Virus record (IMG/VR): IMGVR_UViG_2974704529_000001
Span: 1 to 64,000 of that record
Reading direction: 5' to 3' (one strand)
DNA length: 64,000 nt
Source: a virus
Taxonomy: Duplodnaviria; Caudoviricetes
Shown here: one piece after another, positions 47,956 to 56,760 of the stretch
Numbering within the stretch: the stretch's first letter is position 1
How the letters are laid out: each line of letters opens with the position of its first letter
Position numbers and translations under genes: made by a program
The notes under the pieces: model-generated
What the model was told of the DNA's origin: nothing
What the model saw: the letters and a program-made list of their open reading frames with translations, nothing else
Databases searched by the model: none

Positions 47956-49217
47956 CAGAAGTTCAGCCTCCCAATGATCAGACTGCCGAGCAGTGCGTTA
48001 TTGGGTCGCTGCTCTTGTCGTCCAAGGCGCTTAACACGCTTTCGACGTTAGTTACCGCTGAGGACTTCTACCGTCCTATTCACGCGGATATTTTCACGGC
48101 AGCAATGGACTTGCTGGCTGCCGGTGAGGCGGTCGACGCAATGACCGTCGCTAAGGAGCTTGAGTCGCGCGGCCAGCTCCGCAAGATCGGCGGGGCACCG
48201 TACCTGCTGACCTGTATGGAGAACACGCCTACTGCTACGAACGCTGAGGCGTACGCGCGGATGGTTCTGGATAAGGCCCGGCTCCGGCGTATGGCTGAGC
48301 TGGGCAACCGGCTTAAGCAACTGGCCTACTCGGAGGCGACGACCAGCGATGACGTTGCTTCGCTGCTGGGGGAGGGTGAGAAGTTCTTCCGGCAGGAGCA
48401 CGAGCCTGACGACCGGGCGCTTGACTTCGGGAAGATGCTTGAGTCCTGGGAACACTGGCAGGCGACCAGTGAGGGCTATATCAAGACCCCTTGGGAAGCG
48501 CTCAATGACCGGCTGAATGGCGGTTTGCAGCGCGGCAGGCTCTACACGATTGCGGCTAGGCCGGGCGGCGGAAAAAGTGTTGCAGCGTTGCAGCTAGCGA
48601 GCAATGCGGCGTTCTGGGGTTTCCCGTCCGCGTTCTTCACACTGGAAATGTCGAGCGACGAAGTTACGTCTCGTCTCGTTTCTGCCGGTTCAAGCGTCGA
48701 CTTCACGAAGATCATGAAGAAGAGGCTGGACTTAGAGGACCGGGCGAAGATCGACAACTTCGTTAAGTTGAACGACACCATTCCGCTACAGGTTGTGGAC
48801 CGGCCAACGATTAGCACAGAGCAGATCGTTGCCCACTGCCGGTCGGTCGGAAACCTGGGTGTTGTCGTCGTGGATTACCTGCAATTGGTTAAGCCGTCCG
48901 ATAGCAAGGTGTCACGTGAGCAACAGGTGGCGCACATGTCGCGGTCACTCAAGATTGCGGCGCGTGAGCTTAACGTGGCGATGGTCCAGTGTGCGCAGTT
49001 GAATCGCGGTCCCGTTAAGGACGGTAAGCCACGTGCGCCGACTATTGCGGACCTCCGCGAATCCGGAGCGATTGAGCAGGATAGCGATGTGGTTCTCCTG
49101 TTGCATACCGACGAGGACGATCCCGGCATTATCCAGATGATTATTGGTAAGAACCGGAATGGCCGAATGGGCGATCTTGCCCTGAATTTCGAGGGCCACT
49201 ATCAGAGGATCACGTGA
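47952..49217 (+). CDS. dnaB: DnaB-like replicative helicase
   Basis: AEQCVIGSLL, ARPGGGKS Walker A, VDYLQL, DLRESGAIEQDSD, KNRNG. Confidence 0.95.
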   Translation: MTEVQPPNDQTAEQCVIGSLLLSSKALNTLSTLVTAEDFYRPIHADIFTAAMDLLAAGEAVDAMTVAKELESRGQLRKIGGAPYLLTCMENTPTATNAEAYARMVLDKARLRRMAELGNRLKQLAYSEATTSDDVASLLGEGEKFFRQEHEPDDRALDFGKMLESWEHWQATSEGYIKTPWEALNDRLNGGLQRGRLYTIAARPGGGKSVAALQLASNAAFWGFPSAFFTLEMSSDEVTSRLVSAGSSVDFTKIMKKRLDLEDRAKIDNFVKLNDTIPLQVVDRPTISTEQIVAHCRSVGNLGVVVVDYLQLVKPSDSKVSREQQVAHMSRSLKIAARELNVAMVQCAQLNRGPVKDGKPRAPTIADLRESGAIEQDSDVVLLLHTDEDDPGIIQMIIGKNRNGRMGDLALNFEGHYQRIT

Positions 49218-49453
49218 GCGTTGACATTAAGGCGCTAATGGAAGGTAAGACGCTCCGTTGGCAAGACGAGGCGGCTTGCGATAGCGACGACCGTTTTACC
49301 GGTCGGGTCGAAACGCTTAGCTGGCGCGATCACGTCGAAATGCGGCTCTTGTGTGAGAGCTGTCCAGTTTTTGACGAGTGCGCTAAGTGGGCTGAGCGTG
49401 AACAGGTAATCGAGGTATTCGCAGCGGGCCAATGGAGGTACCCGAATGGATGA
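49214..49453 (+). CDS. divergent WhiB-family protein
   Basis: WQDEAAC...CESCPVFDEC four-Cys pattern; GVWGG replaced by VFAAG. Confidence 0.65.
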   Translation: MSVDIKALMEGKTLRWQDEAACDSDDRFTGRVETLSWRDHVEMRLLCESCPVFDECAKWAEREQVIEVFAAGQWRYPNG

Positions 49454-49803
49454 GTACGACGACGACTACGACGACGTAGACGAGGAATACCCACGTGACA
49501 GTTAAGCATAAGCAGACCGTTGAGTTGAGCCACCCGATTCATTTCGGGGACGTAGAGCAGTTCGTGCAGATGGGGAAAGACCTGGGCGTTAAGCCTGGGG
49601 CTGAGGTCAATGTCCGCATTTTCGCAGTGCATGGCGGCGGTTACAGGGCGGACCTATCAGTAGGGACAGTCAATGGAGCCTGACGACGATTACGAAAACC
49701 CGGTCGGCGAAGTTCTAGACGAGGACACGGTTAACGATCTTAAGTCCAGCCACTTCGTCTTTTCGATTGCCGGTCTGCTGGGAATTAAGACGGGAGAGTC
49801 CTG

Positions 49804-50661
49804 GTGACCGTTCACCTAAAGGTCTACGCCGAGAAGCTCGGCACTATTAACGCGGCTGCGGAGGTGTTCAAGTTTCCCGGCGGGGAGCTGCACCTTAGGA
49901 GCATTCTCCCGCCGCTGATTGATGGGACGTGGATTGCGGACGTGCGGGGCGCTGCTACCGACGACCTGGTAACCGCGCTGCTGCTGGCTGACCACGCGGC
50001 GCAACTGGGCCAGCCGTTCGTGTTGTTCCTGCCGTACCTTCCGGCTGCTCGCGCGGACCGGGGGACTCCGTTCGGCCTGCGGGTGTACGCGGACATGATC
50101 AACAACTGCGCGTATGCGGAGCACGTCATGGTCATTGACCCGCATTCGCCGGTCGCTAACCGGCTGGTTAGGAACATCTGTCCGCTTGAGCCTCTGCCGC
50201 TGCTGGACCGGGCGCTAGAGAGTCAGGGCCATTGGCGTTACGACGCGATCATTGCGCCAGATAAAGGCGCGGTGGATCGGGCCGGGGCAATCGCTAAGCA
50301 CTACGGGCTGGACCTGGTTGTGTGCGATAAGGAACGCGATTTCGAGACGGGCCGGATTACCAAGTACAAGGTGCCAGTTCTGTCCACCAAAGGTAAGTAC
50401 CTGGTGGTCGATGACATCTGCGACGGCGGCGGCACCTTCGCGCTCTTGGCTAGCGAGGCGCTTATCTCTAAGTCCAACTTGGACCTTTGGGTTACGCACG
50501 GCATTTTCTCCGGAGCTGCTACCAACCTCCGGAATTACTACGGGCGCATCATGACGACCGACTCTCACCCTGGGCATAACCGGGTGGGTGTGGCTACGTC
50601 GATTGTGCCGACTTTTACATACATGCACCAGGCGATGGTTGAGCTTAAGGGGATAGGGTGA
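49804..50661 (+). CDS. Prs-like pyrophosphokinase (putative ADPR-PP synthetase, Adps)
   Basis: FPGGE, PYLPAARADR, IDPHS, APDKGA, VVDDICDGGGTF PRPP-binding motif. Confidence 0.85.
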   Translation: MTVHLKVYAEKLGTINAAAEVFKFPGGELHLRSILPPLIDGTWIADVRGAATDDLVTALLLADHAAQLGQPFVLFLPYLPAARADRGTPFGLRVYADMINNCAYAEHVMVIDPHSPVANRLVRNICPLEPLPLLDRALESQGHWRYDAIIAPDKGAVDRAGAIAKHYGLDLVVCDKERDFETGRITKYKVPVLSTKGKYLVVDDICDGGGTFALLASEALISKSNLDLWVTHGIFSGAATNLRNYYGRIMTTDSHPGHNRVGVATSIVPTFTYMHQAMVELKGIG

Positions 50662-52142
50662 GCACGAAGTTTGCGCCGGTCGCGGCGCTATTCGAGACGG
50701 ACGCATACAAGCTGGGCCACGTCGACCAGTACGCGCTTAGCGGCGACGTGACGCGGGTGTATTCCAACTACACCAACCGTAAGTCGCGGCTGCCGGGCGT
50801 CGATAAGGTCGTGCATTTCGGCTTGCAGGCATATATCACTAAGCACCTGATGGAGGCTTTCGAGCCGTTCTTCGCGGCTAAGGAGAATGAGGTTGCCGCG
50901 CTTTACGAGGAGCGGGTAGCCCAGATTCTCGGGCCGGATGCGGCCCACTCGATTGGGTCGGACCACATTCGCCAGTTGCACGGCCTTGGGTTCCTGCCAC
51001 TGCGGTTCAGTGCGGTGCCTGAGGGGACGCTAGTGCCTATCGGGGTGCCGTCGTTCACAGTGGAGAACACTCACGAGTCGTTCTACTGGCTGACCAACTA
51101 CATCGAGACCGGCCTGAGCGCTGGGGTGTGGCAGGCCAGCACGAGCGCGACTATCGCCAAGCAGTACCGGCGGGTGCTTGAGGCCGCGGCCTTGCGGACC
51201 GGTGCGGACCTGGCGGGCGTCGACTGGCAGTGCCATGACTTCTCATACCGGGGCATGTCGTCGCATGAGAGCGCGGCGGCGTCGGGCGCAGCCCACCTGC
51301 TGAGCTTCACCGGTACGGACTCGCTGGTGTCGCTGGACTGGATCGACCGTTACTACGGCGGCGATTACGTGGCCGGGTCGGTCCCGGCTACCGAGCACTC
51401 GGTTATGTGCACCGGCATCGAGACTGTCGGGGAGCTTGAGACGTTCAAGCGGCTGCTGGACCTGTACCCGTCCGGCATCGTTAGCGTCGTTAGCGACACG
51501 TTCGATCTATTTAGAGTGCTCAACACGTACCTGCCGACGTTGCATAAGCAGATCGTGGGCCGGGACGGGAAGCTGGTTATCCGGCCTGACTCCGGCGATC
51601 CGGAGAAGATCATTTGCGGCGATCCGGACGCGCCCGCTTTCTCTAACGAGTGGATGGGTGTGCTCGGGCTGCTCTACGAGCACTTCGGCGGCAAGAAAAA
51701 CGCTGCGGGGTTCATTGAGCTTGATCCGCACGTCGGTGTGATCTACGGCGACTCAATCACGGTTGAGCGTGCGACGAGCATTACCGCGCGCATGGAGAAG
51801 CTGGGTTACGCGTCGTCCAACGTCGTGTTTGGCGTGGGTAGCTTCACGTACCAGTACAACACGCGTGACACGTTCGGGTCCGCGATGAAAGCGACGTGGG
51901 CTGAGGTCGACGGCAAGGGTTACAACCTGCTCAAGAATCCGGTGACCGACGACGGGACTAAGAAGTCCGCTACGGGCCGGTTGGCTGTGTTGGAGAACAT
52001 CTGGGGCGATCTGGCGCTCAAGCAGAACGCCACGATTGAGGACGAGAAGTCGAGCTTGCTCCGTCCCGTCTGGGAGAACGGAAAGTTTCTAGGCCGGCAA
52101 TCGTTTGCGCAGGTCAGAGGCGTTTTAGCGCGTCAGCGGTAG
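50658..52142 (+). CDS. NAMPT-like protein (putative Namat)
   Basis: TDAYKLGH, HDFSYRG, GTDS, SVPATEHSV, SVVSDTFD, IRPDSGDP, IYGDSIT, KKSATG. Confidence 0.9.
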   Translation: MSTKFAPVAALFETDAYKLGHVDQYALSGDVTRVYSNYTNRKSRLPGVDKVVHFGLQAYITKHLMEAFEPFFAAKENEVAALYEERVAQILGPDAAHSIGSDHIRQLHGLGFLPLRFSAVPEGTLVPIGVPSFTVENTHESFYWLTNYIETGLSAGVWQASTSATIAKQYRRVLEAAALRTGADLAGVDWQCHDFSYRGMSSHESAAASGAAHLLSFTGTDSLVSLDWIDRYYGGDYVAGSVPATEHSVMCTGIETVGELETFKRLLDLYPSGIVSVVSDTFDLFRVLNTYLPTLHKQIVGRDGKLVIRPDSGDPEKIICGDPDAPAFSNEWMGVLGLLYEHFGGKKNAAGFIELDPHVGVIYGDSITVERATSITARMEKLGYASSNVVFGVGSFTYQYNTRDTFGSAMKATWAEVDGKGYNLLKNPVTDDGTKKSATGRLAVLENIWGDLALKQNATIEDEKSSLLRPVWENGKFLGRQSFAQVRGVLARQR

Positions 52143-52148
52143 GTGGGG

Positions 52149-52168
52149 GTGTCCGACGTTTCGGACAC
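52149..52168. promoter_or_regulatory. distal operator O3 (GTGTCCGA-CGTT-TCGGACAC)
   Basis: Perfect palindrome matching the TGTCCGA-N4-TCGGACA core of O1/O2, in the gap before Pnkp. Confidence 0.65.
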
Positions 52169-52228
52169 TTTCGCATGTTTCCGGAGTACACGTGTTGTAC
52201 TTGAAACCGAAGCAGAGAGGGGGTCGGA

Positions 52229-53155
52229 ATGACGACCTTATGGGCGATGCGGGGTTATCCCGGCTCTGGTAAATCGACCAGGGCGCGTGAAATCGCTGAC
52301 GAGACCGGCGCGGTTGTCGTTTGTCGTGACGACTTGCGCATGATGCTGCACGGCACGTATTTCTCGGGCAAGAAAGAGCTTGAGGAGGAGGTTACGGTTG
52401 CGGAGCGGGCGCAGGTTAGCGCGTTCCTTAAGGCCGGTATCTCCGTCGTTGTCGACGCCACGCATTTGGAGCCGTCTTACCTGCGTAAGTGGGCGAAGAT
52501 GGCGAGCATGTACGGCGCAGAGTTCAAGCGCGTCGATATCGAGACTCCCGCTAGCTACTGCATCGTCGCTGACTTTAAGCGCGGCGAGGCCGGGGACCGG
52601 ACTGTCGGCGCGGAGGTGATTAACCGGATGGCTAAGCGTCACCCGATTAAGAACTGGCCGAATATCCAGGCTCCTCCGACGTTCGACCCTAAGCCGGTCG
52701 AATGGATTGAGGGTCTGCGGGAGGCCATCATCGTGGATATCGACGGCACGGTGGCCCACATGACGGGCCGGTCACCCTACGACTACACGCAGGTCCATAC
52801 CGACGTGGTTGACGAGAACGTGCGCTGGCTGGTCAACGTGATTGACCAGTTTGGCATCACCAACGATGTATCGGTGCTGTTCGTATCGGGCCGGGACGAC
52901 TCTTGCCGTAACGAGACGGTTCGTTGGTTGTACGACAACGGCATTCCGTTCGATGAGCTGCACATGCGGCCTACCGGCGCTAAGGATGAGCACGGTAACA
53001 AGCTGCCGGATTACCTGGTCAAGTACGACCTGTTCGACCAGAACATTCGCGGTAAGTACAACGTGCGGTTTGTGTTGGACGACCGGGACCAGGTTGTGAA
53101 CTTGTGGCGCTCGCTGGGCCTTAAGTGCCTGCAAGTTCAGCCGGGAGACTTCTAA
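52229..53155 (+). CDS. polynucleotide kinase/3'-phosphatase (T4 PseT-like Pnkp)
   Basis: GYPGSGKST P-loop, CRDDLR; HAD DIDGT, SGR, DDR motifs. Confidence 0.93.
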   Translation: MTTLWAMRGYPGSGKSTRAREIADETGAVVVCRDDLRMMLHGTYFSGKKELEEEVTVAERAQVSAFLKAGISVVVDATHLEPSYLRKWAKMASMYGAEFKRVDIETPASYCIVADFKRGEAGDRTVGAEVINRMAKRHPIKNWPNIQAPPTFDPKPVEWIEGLREAIIVDIDGTVAHMTGRSPYDYTQVHTDVVDENVRWLVNVIDQFGITNDVSVLFVSGRDDSCRNETVRWLYDNGIPFDELHMRPTGAKDEHGNKLPDYLVKYDLFDQNIRGKYNVRFVLDDRDQVVNLWRSLGLKCLQVQPGDF

Positions 53156-53269
53156 TGGAACCGATTCTAGCCACCGTAGGGGTGCTGTTCCTGGTGGGCT
53201 TCGCCGCGTTCTTCGGGCTAATTGCTTGCTTCATTTGGTCGGTTTACAAAGAGCTAAGGGGGCCACTCA

Positions 53270-53518
53270 GTGGGAAGCGTCGTAATCACCGGTAACGGCG
53301 GGGTGGCGATCACTCCGGAGGGTGTGCAGATAAGCCTGCCGGACACCAATGTCGTCTTTAAGTACGACACGGCCACGCACGCGATTACGCTAGAGGGTGC
53401 AGAGTTCGCCCGGTTCTCGGATGACATTAAGTCAACCCACCTGATGTTCAGGCAGGACCGGAACGCCAAGCAGGAGATTCTGCTGCTGCATCCCGACTGG
53501 CCTGGTTTCAAAGAATAA
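53270..53518 (+). CDS. hypothetical protein
   Basis: GTG with GGGGG RBS. Confidence 0.55.
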   Translation: MGSVVITGNGGVAITPEGVQISLPDTNVVFKYDTATHAITLEGAEFARFSDDIKSTHLMFRQDRNAKQEILLLHPDWPGFKE

Positions 53519-53674
53519 GACTTGGATGGGTGCGTTAAAGGGTGTTAACCCGATCCCAAGGTGGGATGGTTCCCATGCGCCCCAAGCCTGGCCCAAGACC
53601 CGAATCGAAGCGGCGAGGTCTGCGCTGCGCACCCATCTAACTAACTTTCCCCCTCCCCTAACGGGGGAAATGTT

Positions 53675-54073
53675 TTGGAGCACCTGCTAGTAGCGCCTTT
53701 CAAACGGCCACCTATGACCGCTAACGATCAGCGGCGCGCACATTGGGCCGTGGTCCGAAAGGCCAAGCAAGAGGTAGGGGACACGGTTTTCTGGTTGGCC
53801 CGGCGGGCGGGCATTAAGGACTTAGGTCCGTCCGTCGTGTCATTCCTCTGGTACACGCCCACTAGGCGGACTACCGATTCCGATTCCCTCGGCCCTTTCG
53901 TCAAAGGGGCCTTAGACGGATTAGTGCGGGCTGGTGTTTGGCCCGACGACAACTCTAAGTACGTCAAACAAACGCGCATGGCAGTAACGGACTCGGATAC
54001 GAAAAATCCACGGATTGAGATAAGGATTTGGGAAGTTGGCGACACCGGAATTGAAATGGCGGGAACTGGCTGA
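53675..54073 (+). CDS. rusA: RusA-like Holliday junction resolvase
   Basis: DSDSL..FVKGALDGLV.AGVWPDDN motif. Confidence 0.8.
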   Translation: MEHLLVAPFKRPPMTANDQRRAHWAVVRKAKQEVGDTVFWLARRAGIKDLGPSVVSFLWYTPTRRTTDSDSLGPFVKGALDGLVRAGVWPDDNSKYVKQTRMAVTDSDTKNPRIEIRIWEVGDTGIEMAGTG

Positions 54074-54332
54074 GTGCCAGTACACCGACCCCGAAGCGTT
54101 CTTTCCGACCGAGAAAGGGTCGACAGAACCCGCTAAGCGCATCTGCAACACGTCTTGCGCAGTGCGCGAAGAGTGCCTAGACGCGGCCATGCGGGAGGAA
54201 TACGGGCTGTGCGCAAACATGCGCTTCGGAGTTCGCGGCGGTCTAGGCGCTAAGGGCCGGTACCTGCTCGCTCTTAATCGTGGTGAGCCAGTCAGCCGTA
54301 GAGAGTTGGACGAACTAGGAGAGGCAGCGTAG
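54036..54332 (+). CDS. whiB: WhiB-family transcription factor
   Basis: W...AEC...DPEAFFP...AKRIC...CAVREEC...FGVRGG. Confidence 0.88.
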   Translation: MATPELKWRELAECQYTDPEAFFPTEKGSTEPAKRICNTSCAVREECLDAAMREEYGLCANMRFGVRGGLGAKGRYLLALNRGEPVSRRELDELGEAA

Positions 54333-54737
54333 ATGTACTCGGTTAACCAGCGCGTCGGCGTTGAAATGCGGTTCGCCGCTAACCGGATGAGTCGCGGAAG
54401 TGCGTTCAGCATTCCCGTCACGAACGTTAGCGGTGTGCGCAGCAAGCTTATCCCTGAGTTGGACATTCCCGATCTGCCGGGCGCGGCCTGCAAGGGGTCT
54501 GTTACCGACGCTGACGACGACCCGTTCTTTCCTAAGGCGGGAGCTGGCGGGCGGAAGCAGGTCGCAGAGGCTCGCGTCATGTGCAACGGCTGCCCGGCTA
54601 AGCGGAAGTGCTTGGACGCGGCGCTCGAATGGGACCGCGCGCACCCTGACTATTTCGACCGCACCCAAGGCGTCTGGGGTGGGACTACGGAAGCGGAGCG
54701 CCGAGAAATCCTTAAGGAGGAGAACAATGCTGCTTAG
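54333..54737 (+). CDS. whiB: WhiB-family transcription factor with N-terminal extension
   Basis: AAC...PFFP...CNGCPAKRKC...GVWGGTTEAERR. Confidence 0.88.
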   Translation: MYSVNQRVGVEMRFAANRMSRGSAFSIPVTNVSGVRSKLIPELDIPDLPGAACKGSVTDADDDPFFPKAGAGGRKQVAEARVMCNGCPAKRKCLDAALEWDRAHPDYFDRTQGVWGGTTEAERREILKEENNAA

Positions 54738-55035
54738 CGCCACGATAAAGCTTAACTGCGGAGTTTTGGAGTACGGGTTTAACCCGGCGCACAACTACCA
54801 CCTGGTGCAGGTCTCGCAGGGCTGTACCAGGGGTTTCCGCCGAGAGCTGTACCGGTCGGCGGGCGAGGCGATTAGCGGCCTGTCCCCGTACCGTGAGGAG
54901 AACACAGAGGTAGCGACTCTGATTCGCTGGCTGTCCCGGTTCCCGCACGATGCGTAGGCGGCGCAAGCCCCGCCGGAACTGGCGGCGGTTCCTATCCGAT
55001 CTATTCGAGTCATTCCTTGACGGGGTGTTCGACGT

Positions 55036-55602
55036 ATGGGACTAGCGGAACGCTGCCGGGCCGGGCGCAGGTGCGTTAGCCGCACTCCGGACGGCCCGGC
55101 CTTGGTCGCGCTACGTCCACTGTGCGACGGCTGCGTTAAGGACATTCAGAAGTGCCTAGATGAACTCCCGACGTATTCCGACTTGCTCGAAACCTATAAG
55201 GGCTATGTGCCCGGTTCGGTGGGGCAGTCGAAAGTCAGTTCATCGGCAGAACCTAAGGCACCGTTAAACCTGACGGTCGTTGATCTGATCGGCCAGATTC
55301 GCGCGGTGATGCACCGGGCGGACGGCTACCTGGTGCGCGACTTGATCACGCTTACCGGTGGCCTAGAGGTAGCGCTTGATATCCGCGATGTCTATTCCAA
55401 GGCTGACGGGATTATCGGGCTGCAAAGGGTGTGGGAGCGGAGGCGCGTCCCATGTCCTGAGTGCGCTTTACCCACTCTCGGGGGATGGGTGGGCGAGGAC
55501 CGCATTTACTGCACTAACGCGGATTGCGGGACCGTCTTAACGAAAGCGCAGTACGAAGAATATTGCGAAATGAAATCAAAGGAGAAACGTGCCAAACGCT
55601 GA
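55036..55602 (+). CDS. zinc-finger hypothetical protein
   Basis: LCDGC near the N-terminus; CPEC...YCTNADCG at the C-terminus. Confidence 0.65.
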   Translation: MGLAERCRAGRRCVSRTPDGPALVALRPLCDGCVKDIQKCLDELPTYSDLLETYKGYVPGSVGQSKVSSSAEPKAPLNLTVVDLIGQIRAVMHRADGYLVRDLITLTGGLEVALDIRDVYSKADGIIGLQRVWERRRVPCPECALPTLGGWVGEDRIYCTNADCGTVLTKAQYEEYCEMKSKEKRAKR

Positions 55603-55975
55603 AATTACGATTCAGGGCAACCTTACCGCTGATCCGGAATTGCGGTTCCTTGAGTCGGGCGTGGCCGTCGCTCAGTTCTCGGTGGCTTCTACGCCTCGGG
55701 TTAAGAAGGGCGACGAGTGGGTGGACGGCGAGACGGTGTTCCTCCGTACCTCCGTGTGGCGCGAGCTGGCTGAGGGTGCGGCTGAGTCCCTGCGTAAGGG
55801 CGACTCGGTTGTGGTGATCGGCAAGCTCAAGCAGCGGTCGTTTGAGACCCGCGAGGGTGAGAAGCGGTCCGTGTTTGAAATCGACGGCGAGTTCGTCGGG
55901 AAGAACGTGCGTAAGCGCCGGGAGAACGGCGGCGGCGGGTATCAGTCTGCCGCTAACGACGCTCCCGCCTGGTAA
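55589..55975 (+). CDS. ssb: single-stranded DNA-binding protein
   Basis: ITIQGNLTADPELRF, W.DGETVFLR.SVWRELAE, KQRSFETREGEKR. Confidence 0.95.
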   Translation: MPNAEITIQGNLTADPELRFLESGVAVAQFSVASTPRVKKGDEWVDGETVFLRTSVWRELAEGAAESLRKGDSVVVIGKLKQRSFETREGEKRSVFEIDGEFVGKNVRKRRENGGGGYQSAANDAPAW

Positions 55976-55990
55976 TCGAAACCGCCGGAG

Positions 55991-56021
55991 GTAGGGCTAG
56001 TAACCCTGGCCCTACCTTTGT
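55991..56021 (+). terminator. putative terminator after ssb
   Basis: AGGTAGGGCTAG...CTGGCCCTACCT followed by TTG. Confidence 0.55.
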
Positions 56022-56039
56022 GGCCCGTAAGGATACGAA

Positions 56040-56255
56040 ATGTCTCATGAGAAAACTTCCGTTGTGCTGCGAAAGATTGATAAGGCCGCGCGGGTTCGGG
56101 GTCTTACTTTCGAGATTCGACGGCCCGGCGGTAATCACACCATTTATGACTTAGACGGTCTGATGGTCACTATCCCTAATGGCACTAAGGTCACGCGGGT
56201 TGAGGCCACTTACCGGCAATTGCAGGACAAACTTGGAAAGGGCTGGTGGCGGTAG
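56040..56255 (+). CDS. HicA-like small RNase
   Basis: 71 aa, basic; IRRPGGNHTIY...VTIP motif resembles HicA GxH. Confidence 0.65.
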   Translation: MSHEKTSVVLRKIDKAARVRGLTFEIRRPGGNHTIYDLDGLMVTIPNGTKVTRVEATYRQLQDKLGKGWWR

Positions 56256-56671
56256 TGGCTAGGCGAATCTTAGTTACGGGTTCCCGCGACTGGACCGACA
56301 GGAACGATGTTTTCCTAAGGCTGTCCATTCAAATGGCCGGGGCCGATTCGGTGGTGATCGTTCACGGCGATTGCCCTACGGGCGCTGATCTGTTCGCGGA
56401 CGACTTCGGAGTGCGGCATCCGCGCTGCGTGGTGGAACCTCACCCGGCGGATTGGTTCAAGGCTTGCACTGATAAGTGCTTCCACAAGCCGCGCGTTAAG
56501 GACGGTAAGCCGTACTGCCCGGTGCAGGGCTTTATCCGGAATCAGAAGATGGTTGACCTTGGCGCAGACGTTTGCCTGGCTTTCCCGCTCGGTAAGTCGC
56601 CGGGCACCCGCGATTGTATGCGCCGCGCTAAGAAGGCGGGCATTCACGTAATCAACTGTGGAGACGAATAG
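56246..56671 (+). CDS. SLOG-family (DUF2493/YspA-like) protein
   Basis: ILVTGSRDW, IVHGDCPTGAD, RNQKMV, CLAFP...SPGT. Confidence 0.85.
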   Translation: MAVVARRILVTGSRDWTDRNDVFLRLSIQMAGADSVVIVHGDCPTGADLFADDFGVRHPRCVVEPHPADWFKACTDKCFHKPRVKDGKPYCPVQGFIRNQKMVDLGADVCLAFPLGKSPGTRDCMRRAKKAGIHVINCGDE

Positions 56672-56760
56672 ATGAACAAGTTCTTTAAGGGCCTTGACCG
56701 CCGGAAGGTGCTCAAGCTCATTGACCGGATTTTGTGGGGTGTAGAGGGGCGGTGGGTTAA

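Noticed and set aside
1085-49217. Inteins or introns in terminase, DnaB or other core genes
   Set aside because: Protein lengths are ordinary and I saw no intein junction (C...HN-C/S/T) or LAGLIDADG motifs.
53535-53600. Twister ribozyme (TAAC, CCCAAG, AGGG words)
   Set aside because: I could not assemble the P1/P2/P4 and pseudoknot pairings in any permutation; kept only as an unexplained structure.
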